A DNA stretch of 64,000 nt from Eutreptiella sp. 'Long Island Sound 2002'. Its lineage: Eukaryota; Protista; Euglenida. The position numbers and the translations under genes are program-made. Below, piece after piece: positions 37,101 to 50,500 of this stretch (positions are counted from its first letter, which is position 1; each line of letters begins with the position of its first letter). The notes beneath the pieces were generated by a model that worked only from the letters and a program-made list of their open reading frames with translations, ran no database searches and was not told where the DNA came from. The DNA lies in assembly GCA_964036045.1 (NCBI GenBank), contig OZ038378.1, positions 167,524,001 through 167,588,000 of the forward strand, written 5' to 3'.

Positions 37101-40100
37101 CTCCAGCGACGGGCTGTGTTCGGGCACAACGGGGAGGGGACAGGGGGGAGTGGAAGAAGTGGGGGGGGGGGGGCTGGGAAAGGAAGGTGGCAGGAAGGAG
37201 AGGAAGTGCGTAAACGTAGCGGTAGAACACCCAACGGATACTTGGGAACCAGCAAAAGACTTCTGCCTGCTTTTTCATGTGCATGGCCCTGCGAGCCACC
37301 GAGGGCTCCCTTGCAGGACGGTTTCGTGCCCCTGCTCCCTGTCCCGACGGGGACGCGATCCCAGGGCCTCATGGTCAGGCGCCAGGTGCTGCGACGGCTG
37401 AACCACGCGACCCCATCGAGAGAGAAGGAAGGAACAGGGAAGGGAGGGGGGACCTCGTCGTCCTCCTGCTGCTCTTGACCATCGGCGTCCTGGTCCTCTC
37501 CCTCCTCTCGCTCCTCCTCCTCCTCCTCCCCTTCCTCCCCTTCCTCCTCCCCTTCCTCCTCATCCTTATCAGCGCGGTCTGAATCCTCCTTCTCCTCGGC
37601 ATCATCCTCCTCCTCCTCCTCCTCATCATCCTCGCTTTCCCCTGCAAATGCGCAAAGTACAGCACAAGTAGCTCAGGCGATAACAAAGCATCGTTCATGT
37701 TTTCTAAAGCATGAGGTTGGCAGGGAAGGCAAGGGAGGGGACAGAACGATGGGAGAGAAGTTTCAGGGTGCACGCACGCTGCGCAGACGACAGTTTTGAT
37801 CCGATTTATGCCGCTGCACAAAGCAGTTTGGCGGTATTTGCAGGTTTCAAACTCGCGATTTCAAGTCGAGAGGTTATTTCGGAGGCTGCCCGCGTCTCTG
37901 CCCCGTGTGCGCAACAAGCAGCCGCTCCCCGTTGTCCCCGTCGAACTCGCACAGTCCTGGCACAGCCACGGCCGACCCAAGAAGGGCCATCAGAAAACGC
38001 GCTGAACAAAATGGTCCGTGGACCGAAAGGGGGGAATCGGTTGACCAGTGTTCTCTGGACGCGTTGAAGATTGTTGTTCTGCAGTGGTTGCGCACAGCCG
38101 TACAGTTGCACACTGACGGCAAAGGGCATCAACAGGCACGCAAGCATGGCAGGCCAGAAGCCATTGCGGAAAAATTGCAATAAATTGCGATAGATCGCGG
38201 AAAATTGCGGAACATTGTAGACCTCAACCCCACACAGAACAAAATACAGGGGGGAGGGGACTTGGTGCCTCGTCAATTTGGCGGTGGAAAATTGGGCTGT
38301 GAGAAATTTGTCAAGACAAAAAGGCTCAAAAAAGAGGCACTACAATCCTGAATATTGGCCAAAAGGGTTCAAACAACCGGTGACTTCCAAACACAGTGTT
38401 TCAACGTCGACCCCCCCCCCCGTCTCCAGGTAAATCCCCCGGCGGATCGGCCAGAATGCGTGGCGCTAAACGCTGCCTTCCAGTTTGTTGAGTGGGAGAA
38501 GCCAGACGCGCTTCAGGGCCACGCAGGCTCGCCGCACGCAGCCGATGGCACGCCTGCCCTCAAGCGCATTGCCCGTACGGGGACAGGGGGCAGCCCTCGA
38601 ACTTCCTCACGAACGATGGTGTTGCGCGTGCCACCGGAGCGGACGCCTTGACTCGGCACAGCCGCGCTCCCCCCGGCGGGGCAACGAAACCGGCCCCCCG
38701 GGCGAACGCACGTTGCTCCATCGTCCTACCGCTGCGGGGGATGAGAATTCAGTCGCAACTTTCGCCCCAGCCCCTGGGGTGCGGGGGACGGGGGCCATGG
38801 GGGGGGGGGGGGGGGCTTCTGACGAAAACACTTGGCGCATTTCGTCGGTCCCTCTGTCGCCGTCCCTGTGCCTGTGCTCCGCAGGGCCGGGGCGGGGCGG
38901 GGCGGTTGAGGGGAGTGGGCCACACCGCTTCCTGACCTGCAATCAATCCAGGGGCACATTCGCGGTGTGCACCTGAATCCTCACCGACACGGTTCACCTC
39001 CCGCCGACAACCATAAGGCCCACTAGGGCGGCCCTTGAGAAAGAGAGATAAAAAAAAAAGTGTTCCGAAACGGTAGTTTTGCAAAAAGACCGCATGTAGC
39101 TCATATGTTCAACCACCGTTGGTGGCGATTGGCGGTTGGCGGTTGGCGGTTGGTGGCGGTTGGCTGCGGTTGGTTATTGGTCATTGGTGGTTGGTGGCGG
39201 TTGGCAGTGGTTGGCGGTTGGCGGTTGGTGGTCCCTGGGGGCGGTCCTTAAGGGCGGTCCTTAGCAAAAAAAAAACTGGGTCCCTTAAGAACCGCCCTGA
39301 GGCCCACTCCCTCCATGTCAGTGCTCAGTAGTGCTGCAGCGGTCTGGTCGTTTCAATCCTCTGAGCTCGAACTCGTTCCATAATGCACCTTTCAATGGGA
39401 TCATTGAGACTTGCACGATGTGCATCATGTGCAGCCCAGCCCCCCCCCCCCCCCCCCCCGCGCGCGCTGCGCTGTTATGGTGGAGATTCCAACACCGCTT
39501 CCGTGCCTATTTATGATCGGGGTTGTTGCTCCCGCACCCCGTTTCTCCCCTACCGACCTCCCACTTTCCCACTCTTCTTCCCTTCCTTCCGCCCTGCATC
39601 TCCCCCTACCTCCACCTGAACCCGACGACATGGAGCCGGATCGCTCCATCTTCTCCCGCTCCTTCCGCTCCTTCATCTTCTCTTTCAGTTTCTTCTTCTT
39701 CTCCTCCAATTCGATTTTCTTGCGCTCCTCCGCGTCCCAAATCTCGGCCTTGGGCTGCGGACGCTCCTCGTCTTTGACGCACGGGTTCGGCGGCCGTCCG
39801 GCAGCCGCCTCCTCCGCGTCGTACTGCTTCTCCGCTTCGATCTGCTTCAGCAAGTCCTCCTCCTCCTGCCGCTTCAACTCGGCGGCGTCCTCCGCTTCTC
39901 TCGCCAAAATAATTTGGTGACGCATATTCGCAAGCTCCTACACGCACGCAAAAGGCACACATGAGGACACGTGCGGTACGCATGAGGCATGCGCCCAGGG
40001 CTGTCCTTAAGACTTAAACAAAAGCTACCGGCCTCCGGTACACTCGAACCTCCGCAGAGCGCCAGACGGCGAGTAACTGCGGTTGGATGGCCAACAGGCG

Positions 40101-43100
40101 TCGGGCAAGCGCCAACCGCCGTCCGTTGAGTGCCAACCCCCATCGGCCAACCGAATCCCGCCACCGATAGCCCTCAGGCCGTCCTTCGCGGAAAAAAACG
40201 AAAAGAAAGAAATATCCCGTTCCCAAAGGACGGCCCCGCGTGCGGCGCAACGAAGGCGCACACAAAGCGCACGGGTGCTATGCACGAGGCGGACGACAGG
40301 CACACGGATGGCAGGCCAAACGCACGGGCCGACAAGAGGCGCTGGGAGCCGGACATGCCACTAGCATCTGGCAGGGCAGCTGGTGCAATCGGCCCCGTCC
40401 CAAAGGCCACTCAGTAATACCCGCCCCGAACTCAGTAGGAACGTGCTGCGTCCAGTCTGTGGCTCAGGAGGACCCTGCTCCATCTGATCATGTCTGAGCA
40501 GGCAGACGCCAGTGGCAAGTCTGCTGGGAGCACGGGTGACATAACGCAGGCATACCCCCGGCATACCGCAGGGCACAGACGGGACCCACCACTGCCACGC
40601 GGGGGCACACAGGGGGTGCACTGGGGGGCGCACGGGACGGGGCACAGGCACACACACCTCCTCCTGCAGGGGCTTCACGGTGGCGCTCTCCACGCTCAAC
40701 GAGGGGCTGCGCCGGACAACTTCGGGCTCGTCGTCGTCGTCCATCAGCGAAAGCTTGGCCTCCGGGTCACACACGGCCTCCCACCACTCGTTGTAGCTCA
40801 GCTTGCCATCCCCGTCCTGGTCCGCGGACGTCACGAAATCGATGACGTCCAGCTCCGTGGGCTGCAGCTTCAGGTACTGCATGGCCCCGTTGATCTCCCC
40901 GAGGGACAGCAACCCGCTGCGGCTGTCGTTGAACAAACAGAAGGCGTCGTAGATGGCGAGTTTTTTGTCCGCCTGCGAAGGGGTACCAGCAGGACAAATG
41001 CCCAAGAGCTGCCTGGGCTGGGACCCTTGCCCCACATGGCCCTTGCCTGCCCCACAGAGGTCTCCGCGCACTCTGCAAGCGTATTTGCCTCCCCCATGCA
41101 CAACATTGCCTTTGGGCTGGGCACTGTCCTGTGTTAAGTGGGAGCTCTGGTGTCTGTCCGTGCCACAGGCACAAATCCCAACAAATGGCCCGTAAGCGCC
41201 ACGCCCCTTCCGCATTCGCGTCGCCCCGTCCCTTGACCACATCGGTGCTGGAGAGCGCTCCCCAAACTCGCGCTCTGGGGGTGACCAAATGTTGAGCCTG
41301 GCGGCGCTGGCCGGGCAGTGAGCGCTGCAGGGGCACGGTGCTGCAGGTGCGTTCCGTTGGGTGGCTGTTTCTTTACGGGGCCCGGGGCATTCACCCGTTC
41401 TTCCCTTCGCGTGCTGCGTCGGGTCTTTGCGCTTTGCGGCTGCTGGTGTCGTTTCCGCGTTCGCGGAGCCCAGTAGTTGGTGCACCGGGCCTGCGCTGGT
41501 TGCGGCGGATGCCGTTTGTGCGTTAGCGGTGCCCAGTAGTTGGCGTACTGGGATTGTGCTGGTTGTTGCGGCGGTCGTTTGACGGTTTTCGCTGCCCACG
41601 CTCCTCCGCCCTCCGGTCGTCCACGTGCCTCGCCGCGTTTCCGTGTGCGCGAGGCTCCGGCGCCCCACTCCTCGGCGCGTTGTCCCGGCCGTCCACCCCC
41701 TGCGCTCCAATACTCCGTGGGTCGCGCGTGCGCATGGCGCCCACCCCCCACCACCACCACCAAGACCAAGAAGCAGGTCACACCGGCGACATGCCACTGG
41801 ACACCGGGCGAAGGGCACGGCAACCAACCAGCACTTCTGCAAGTGCCTCCCACGTTATTTTGTCTCGTCATTGGCTCGCGGGGGATGACCACATTGACGA
41901 GGGCGGTCAGAACGGGTCAGGAGCATCAGGACGTTCCCTGACTGCAACAGCGGAGGGCCTGGGCTTACCCGATGACATTTGGAACGCCAACCGCCAGCAG
42001 TAGACCACCGATAAATGTGACTCCGGATCACTGCCGGCGGGGGAAGCCCATCCCCCCCCCCTTAAGCGGATGCTACAGAGGGGGTGAGCGGGGGGGGGGG
42101 GGGGGGCATATCCCCACAGCCTTCACCGGCGGTCCTGACTTAAGGTTGGCTCTGAAGGCGCCGCAGAATTGCGTTGGTCTGATGCAGCCAGCGCCGAAGT
42201 CGCCAAAAGGAGCTTGGGTCAAAGAGGGCGGTTTGGAGTGAGAGGGAGGGGGGCGGGGGGGGGGGGGGCATGGGACCCACGCGCGGTGGGGCTGCGTCGA
42301 TCAGGACAAGTCCGCCCACGATCGTCTGATCGCCCCCGCTGTCCGCAATGCCCCAAACGTCTTTTGCCCGCGGGCAGCCCGGCCCGCGTCGGTGGTATGC
42401 CTCCGTCAGACACACCAGAGCCTCGCGGATCTTCAGGCACTGCACTTTGGAGTGCAGCAGGTGGAACTCGTTGCCCAAGCGGAAGACCTTCGTGACGGGG
42501 GTGTCGTCCCAGTTCTTTTGGATGCGGCGCCGGGAGGCCAGGATCTGCCGGTAGTACGTGCGGCGGGCGTGGCGGGTGCTGGACTGCAGCGCCTTGATGA
42601 GCACGCCCAGCTCCGGGTCCAGGTAATGCATGTCGCAGTCGAACCAGCGGAATGCCTGAGGGCAGATCGGGCCTTCGGAGGGTTGTATTAGAGGAGAGGA
42701 GGTAAAGGGGGGGGGGGGGGGGAGGAGTGGGTCTAGAAAGACGCCCCGTCCTCCTAGTGGAATGCCTGACAACCATTGGACGAGGAGAGAGCCCCCCCCC
42801 CCCCCTCCCTCCTCCTCTTCCAATGCGTGATCCAACAAGAGATTTTCAGTTGGATTTTCTGGAGAAAAGTTCTCTTTGCCCCCGGTCGCAAAATTTCGGC
42901 AATTATTTCGGAAACGTTTCAGTGGCCCTTTCGGCCCGAGACCACGTTCATGCCCCGCGGCGGGCCTCTCTGCACGTCAAAAACCCTCCAAACTCTCCAC
43001 CGCCCCCTCTACGGCCCTGAACGATCCGCTCCAACCTTCGACGACCCTCCCTGTGCTCTCAGACCCGTTGCAATCCGTTTTGGAGGACCCGGTCCCCACA

Positions 43101-46100
43101 TCAACGACGTTTAAATCAACATTGAGAACTTCCGGGGTCTTGTATACGAGGGAGGCAAAGCCTGTGGCATGAAGGCGTCTGGGATGTGGGGGGCAGCAGG
43201 GCATTGGAGTGCGGCGCAACGGGCGTTTGAGGAGGAAACCTGGTGGGAGATGTTCAGCTGGTACTGCGGGCTGCAGGGGAACGAGGGCAGCAGGAAATCA
43301 CGCGTGCTGTCCATGACGTTGTAGCCGGCCGGAAGGCAACGCAGCGCCATCCCCACGTTCGCCTCGGGGAACAGGCTTGGAGCCTCCGAGCGGATGTGCA
43401 GGATCCGGCGGATAGTCTCAGCCTCCGCCAATGACACGGCCATGAACCAGCGGTTGCGGTGCTCCTGTATGAAGTCCGATACAGGGGGGGAGGGGGGGAT
43501 TTCGCCACCCTTGAAATCCCCAAAGCTCCAAGTGCCATACACCCAAATGAGTGCAAAAATTCGCGCCCGGCCCTTCTCAGGAAACACAATGCGTGCAGCT
43601 GTGGCGAAGGATGGAACTGTTACGCCAAATTTTCGCCTGGGGAAGATTTCGCCACCTTTCTTAACCTCTAAATTTTCCCCGCAAAATTCTCCACTAGGGA
43701 CACCCCCACCCCACCCCCTGCACTTGCGGTTACAAGGGAACGTCAAATGCGGCCTCTCGCATCCAGCTTGGGGTTCCATTTCAGTGCTGGTACCAGCGAT
43801 GGGATGGGGTAGGGTCAGATCCCAAATCCTCGCTTTTTGATAACAGACCGGAAAATTTTACGACAAATACGCCACCCGGTGGCATCCCGGTGATTGTCAC
43901 GGTTCAGATATAATGATCCGACAGGTACAATCCTTATGGCTTGTAGTGAATGCTGTTTACCACCAGCCGTCGAGGGTGCCAACTAAGGGAGGTCCAGGCA
44001 GAGTCACTGTAGACGGGGGGGCGGAGGAGCTGTGACTCTTGGTCACTGGGTCACGGGAGATGCTCCGTTTCATGTCCCAAAGTCATCTCCTGTAGTCTCC
44101 ACTTCAGAGCTGGGTCCTTTCTGGGCATGTGGGGATAGCTGACAGTATTCATACCACCATTGTTGCGGTATGTTTCTTCGTAGAAGAAGCGGGACTACTT
44201 TAGTATGTCGGAATAGTCATTCTAAGGTTCTTGCTTGCTTTCTCCAAACGTCTTCCTTTTGATCGATAAAGTTCTTTTTGTCTCCTGTTTTCTCCTGGGG
44301 ATAGCTGATGTGCTCCTTGATGCATCCATGCCGACTATGGATAGCTGAGAGGCTGTCCTATCCATGCCACCTCTTTAAAAAGAATTAGAAGGCGCAAATC
44401 TGATTCAATATTTCGTTGCATGGTTTCCAGATTTCTTGTCGTCTTCTCTATGCATTTATACACTCCCTGCTGCCATTTGGAACTTTCTCTTGGATAGTGT
44501 ATGCAATCCCTCATGCTTCCATGCAGCCTCAAGACTCTAGCCTTTATGCTTTCTTGCACACGTCGCCACTTTGGGATGAAGTAAAAGGTGCAAGACAGAG
44601 TCTCTGTTTTGGATGAAATCACACAATATATACAAATCTTGTTGCTGTGTTTTGGGGTTTTGCAGGGATCTCACTGCTTGTTACCAGTGTTGCTCTCATG
44701 CTTCGTGTTGTTAGTCGAGGATTTTTCATCCCTGTTAATAATCTCGATGACACGACCCCATAACTAGGAGAGCTAGCAGCTATCGCTGCCCATGCCAGTG
44801 ATACAAAGGAAGATCTCGGATGCACTGTGACATGAGCAATGTCCATGTTCCTGCTTCTTGTCACGCTTTGTAAAAATGCACTGCAATCAATTTTTAATGG
44901 GCTTCCGACTGTGCCCAACCTTTTGTATTCCCTTTGTTGTTGTTCCCAATGGGGGTATTGTTCTGCGCTTCTGCCCCGTCCAGGCAGCACATTCCCCGCG
45001 AGGGGCACCCGCTTTGCCTGTCCCGGTGGTGAAGGTCTACTCCGACTCCGCCACGGGGGGAGGAGGGGACTTCATCCCCCACCAGGCCTTTGTTTAGTGG
45101 GGGGGGGGGGGGGTCAGGACGGGTTGCTAGTGAGGAGCCTTGTGGATGGTGCTGGGTCCTACTCAGTTGCCCATAGGGCGGGGCTCCTTCCTACTGAGCT
45201 GACTGGCATGTGGGGCTGGATCCTACTGAGATCCCCTCACCAGGGCAGGGGGTCACCCCCAGCCCCGCCCCCACTAAGCAAAGGCCTGTCCCCCACTCAG
45301 TGGCTGAGTATGTTTTTGCACAACGGAGGCAACCACTGAAACTTTTGTTTAACACCTGCTTTTTTGCGGGACGTCTGCACAGTCTGGGGACCCCGACAGA
45401 TATCTTGGGTGAATGCTGCCAATGCAGTGGATTTGGGGGCCCCGCGCCCCCTCACGCGCGACCCTCTCCCAGTGCACGCGACGTCTGGCCAGGACATTGG
45501 AGGACAAGGACCTGTCGATGTTCGGACCCGAACACACACTCCAGCGCCTGGGCCTCCGTGAGGCTGTCTGCATCGCCGGGCGCGAATGTGATATCGAAGT
45601 TCAGGTGCACCAACTGCGACAGCCGCTCCGGCTGCATTGAGCTCTGGGTGCCCTCCTCCGTGTCCAGCAGTAGCAGCTCCAACGCGCGCTGCAGGTCCTT
45701 GCGGGCAGCCGCGGGGGGCACTGTAGCGGCCGTCTCGCGCAGCCCAAGCGCCGTCGGGTCCGGGGCCCATTCGATGATGCAGATCACGTTCTTCAGCCGC
45801 CGATCTCCGGACCACCTGTTGAACATCAAAACACGTCCCAACACTCGATCCGTCCAACGAAAAAAAACGGGCAGCACGCGTGTGGGGACTGATTACTACG
45901 AAGCACGGCACAGCTTCCTCTACTGCTGTCGGATGGGTACATTGTATAGCGATGATGCTGCGCTGTATCGTATCGTATCGTATCGTGTTGTGCGGTGCTG
46001 ACTGATGCACTGCACCACTGATGCACTGAGACCACCGCTGTTCATACCCATTGCCCATCGTCTTGTTGCTGGACCCCGTACTGTTCTGCTCACAAAAAGG

Positions 46101-47533
46101 GCCTTCTGCAGCGCGTGAGCCTATTTTGCAACCAATAGAGGCGCCTTTTTGGGAAACATAATGGGCGTGTCCACAGCGAGTGCTCACGGGTTCTCATGGT
46201 CAAAATTTCCGCTCGATGACCCCTGAGTCATTTTCCACCTGCTGCGCGTCACATCCCGTCCCCATGAGCTCGATCAAGTCTTGATTTGTGAAAGACATGC
46301 CGGCATCAGCGACAGCTCCGAGAGGAAGCGGTGGTGGATACAGCACGCATGGCACGGCGTTGCACGGCACTAAATTGGACTGCTCAACATTGCACAGTAC
46401 GGTAAAGCACAGCGCAGCGCAGCACAGCACCGCACAGACGGCACCGCACCGCACCGCACCGCACCCTACGGCATAGCACGGCACGGCATGGCACAGCATG
46501 GCATGGCATGGCACCGCACCGCACCGCACAAGGCAACAACGTACGAACGCAACGCAACGCAATGCCACGTCACGCCATGCAACGCAACGCTACGCGATGC
46601 GACGCTACACCTGATGCACCGTACAACACAACACAACACAACACAACACAACACAACACAACACAACACAACACAACGCAACACAACACAACACAACACA
46701 ACACAACACAACACAACACAACACAACACAACACAACACAACACAACACAACACAACACAACGCTACGCAACACAACACAACACAAGTGGTGGTGCAGAT
46801 ACTTTCGATCGAAGTAGTTGTCGCTGATGTACATGTAGTCTGGAAATTGCACGGGCCGCCGCAGGTACAGCGCGCATTGATTTGCAGGGTAGAAGTTGGA
46901 CGGGGGAGCAGACTGGCGCAGGCTGTCAAAGGGCCACCGCACCGGTTCCTCATGATCGCGGCTGTACATGCGGTCCACAAACTCCTCCCTCTCGATCTCC
47001 ATGACCTGCTCGCGCTGCTGCTCCTTCTCCTGCGCCTTCTCCTGTACAATCTCTGCGTTGAACACCCGCTCATTGCTGTCGCGCACCCCCTCATCTGATT
47101 CCGCAACCGATGGGCTCCGGCCCTGCACACACGCAGATACAGCACAGGCAGATACAAAATGGTAGTGCCCTGCCGTGAACACACCCGTGGGAGGCCTTGC
47201 ATTGGCCTGCCACACGCAGCATGAGACGCAAACGACAACAAAGAAGTCGAGCAGAATTGTAGGTTGCACCCCAAGAGATGAAGAGCCAGGCGGGTGCAAA
47301 GTAGTATTAGATAGAGCCTCCGGCAGATATACAGAAACAAATGCTCGTCTGCATGCGCACAGACACGCATGCACACGCACACGCGCACACGCGTGTGTGC
47401 GCGCGTAGAGCTGCATGTGTAAAGCAACAAAGCACTATCAATGGGAGGCCAGAGAGTTGGCAAAGGCATGTGAAGAGTCGGTTTGCACCACCGACCGCGA
47501 CAAAAGCGGTCACGCAACCCCACACATACATGC

Positions 47534-47587
<54 letters not shown>

Positions 47588-50500
47588 GCAGACACAAACA
47601 AACACTCACGAGCCAACACTGCAATACTGCAGTCTGCCCATGTAGGCGCAGGAGAAGGACGTGAGGAGGCAGTACACCACCCAATGGATCTGACGCGCCC
47701 AGCCTAACGGCAGAAGAGGGCGGTTATCCTTCATCGTGGTGTGACCATGTGTGTCTAATGGGATACCTGAGGGGCTGAAGTCTGATCCAGTGACAATTCC
47801 ATGTGATACGGGTCACAAGGCGCCGTGTACCTCCACTGTGCCTTCTGGATTTTCCCCAATACTGATTTGGTGTTGCCCTTGTGCCTTGCTGAGGATCCAC
47901 TGGATAGTTAGTTATCTTCTAGCCCCAGAAACTACTGGGGCACGACGCAGCGGAACCTCAGGCCGGAGTGTCCTGTCACAGTGGGGTCTTATACGCATTC
48001 AGAGCCGGAGTGCCCAACTCCCCGGGGACTACTCCCCGCAAGCTTACACCTCCATCCATCCATCCATCCATCCATCCATCCATCCATCCATCCATCCATC
48101 CATCCATCCATCCATCCATCCATCCATCCATCCCCCCACTGGGGAGACAGCAGCCAACCTGGGGGCAGCCTTAGCAGGTACTTGCCAACAGAGCTTCTTG
48201 GGTAACGTCTAAGTCTGATGCCGAGTCACACAAGGCGGCGAGGTCCTCTGCGGTGGTGGGGAAGGAAGATGAGGAGGTTCCGGGCTGGGGAGGCCATCCC
48301 AGCCATCTCGGGTGAGCACGGTGAGAGCCTCCCCCAGGAGGGGGCAGTAAACGGGCCCGCATAGGCAAGGGCCAGCATATCACTTAATGTGATGTGAACA
48401 CAGCCGGGCGGAACTCTAGCGACATCTGCCTGGGTATAACCCACACTCCCATCCAGTCTCAGGAAGGAGGGTGCAGAAACAGGTGCACATGCACCTGTGC
48501 ACCCAATACCCTGTGCAGTGTGGAAGCCCGAAAACTTTCTAATGGTATGCCAGGGACCAAATGGCTGTAAGGGCATCTGGGCGTGCAAAGGTAATGGTGG
48601 TAGATGGGGAGACTTGAATTGAGACACCCGTACACTGAACCAAGGTGGACATACATGTTCCTTCGCAAGGGTGGGAGGGATCTTTAGAGTGGCACCTCCA
48701 TAAGACCTTCAGGTCCTAGGTCTGCTCAAGGACAGGATATATAGCAGATTGTGGATTTGGGCCCTGGGCTGCCCCATAATGTCGTCCCGAGACTGTTGAA
48801 GAGCCATGATGTTGCCCTATGGTACTGATCACTGCACGATTCCTATATCTGTTGCAGATGCGCTGCCCAACCAGCGCAGCCACCAGACGAATTGTTTACA
48901 CATCCAAACGCAATGCCAAATTAGCAGCCTGGGCAGTGAAGGGGCTGCCCATAGGGATCGGACTCGTCCGGCGTCACAGACCCCCCACACCTCACACAAG
49001 GGCTCCCATGACCAAGGCCCTTGTCAACCCCCCAAAAGGGCTTGTCAAATAAGTTGAGGAGCGGGGGGGAGGGGTCAGGGGGGGGGGGGGAGCTGAAAGC
49101 ACCCACAACACGTAGATCATGCTCAGGTATGTATCATGCAAGAATTTTTTCCAAAAGTTTCCAAATGGGTGAGAACCTAAGACGCACACACACACACACA
49201 CACACACCACAACTAATACAAAACAACACAACACAACACAACACAACGCAACACAACACAACACAACACAACACAACACAACGCAACGCAACGCAACGCA
49301 ACGCAACGCAACGCAACGCAACGCAACGCAACGCAACGCAACGCAACGCAACGCAACGCAACGCAACACAACACAACACAACACAACACAACACAACACA
49401 ACACAACACAACACAACACAACCACAAACGCGTGCACACGCGCACAAACCGTCAGCTTGGCCTCCTCAATCTGCTGCTCTTTCGCCGCTGCAATGAGGCG
49501 GTTCTTGATCTCGGCGATGGTCTGCCGATCCCGGTCAGAGCGGATCATCAGCGAGTTCTTGTCCTGAAGTTCTTGCATCATTGTTGTCAGCATCGGGGGT
49601 TCGGGCACCTTCGCACTCACGTTGAAGCCCACGGGCTCCCGGAACACTTCAAGGCTTGCATTCAAGAGGGTGTCCTCAGGGCGGCTGCCGCCGCAATACT
49701 TGGGATAGTTGTCCAGCAGCAGCCGGAAGGCGTTCTTGCGCCAAACGTTGCCCACGCTCTGGATACACAACTGGTTGAACTGGATGCGCTCGGACCGCAT
49801 ACTGTTGATTACCAGCCACGCAACCACCTGCGGCCACGAGGGAGGCAAGGGCACGAGAGGCATGGTACGGTACGGTACGGTACAGTGCGGTGCGGTGCGG
49901 TGCGGTGCGGTGCGGTGCGGTGCGGTGCGGTGCGGTGCGGTGCGTGCGGTGCGGTATGGGTATCCCAAATCTGCACAATTTCAGCTCCATTTGACCCAAT
50001 GCAGTCCCATCATGGTCACCATGCAGGAGTTGAAATGGCGCAGCCTGTGGGGGCCCCGTCAAGAGGGCCCCTTATGTGCCCAGCACAAAAGGAATGCATC
50101 CGCATTGTGTACATCTCCCTCCAGAATGTGTCCCCCCAGCCCGCCCCTCGTGCAAGAACAACGGCAAAAGCACTGGAAATGACGAACAACGCCTCGTGTT
50201 TTCCCGTGAAGGGCGGTGTAGACGTGCATCCTGAGAAGACACAAGTAGTGGCACTACCCCAGTGCCCGGTCCATGTCTGAGGACCTGCGCGCCTGGACGA
50301 TCACGCACGTGGCAACGAGTGGCACGACAGTGATCAGCATCCCCAAAATAGCCCCAAATCAAAGAAAATTTCAATCTTCATGGAACAACCGGAAAAAAAA
50401 GGCAGCCGCCAGGTTCCATGGCCCCAGCCCCCCCCCCCCCTCCACAAAGGCGGGCTGGTGACTGTGTGGCACGACCGTTGCCAAGTGCGACGTCCTTCGT

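Noticed and set aside
46466-47619. Long ORFs rich in CVVLC, HNTTQ, SLSLS or ERERE (also near 27.2-27.7 kb and 49.0-49.4 kb)
   Set aside because: These are translations of microsatellites; only the exon portions are coding.
47780-48530. RNase H-like LRLDGS motif on the minus strand
   Set aside because: Spacing to the later RNase H motifs does not fit and the frames are broken.
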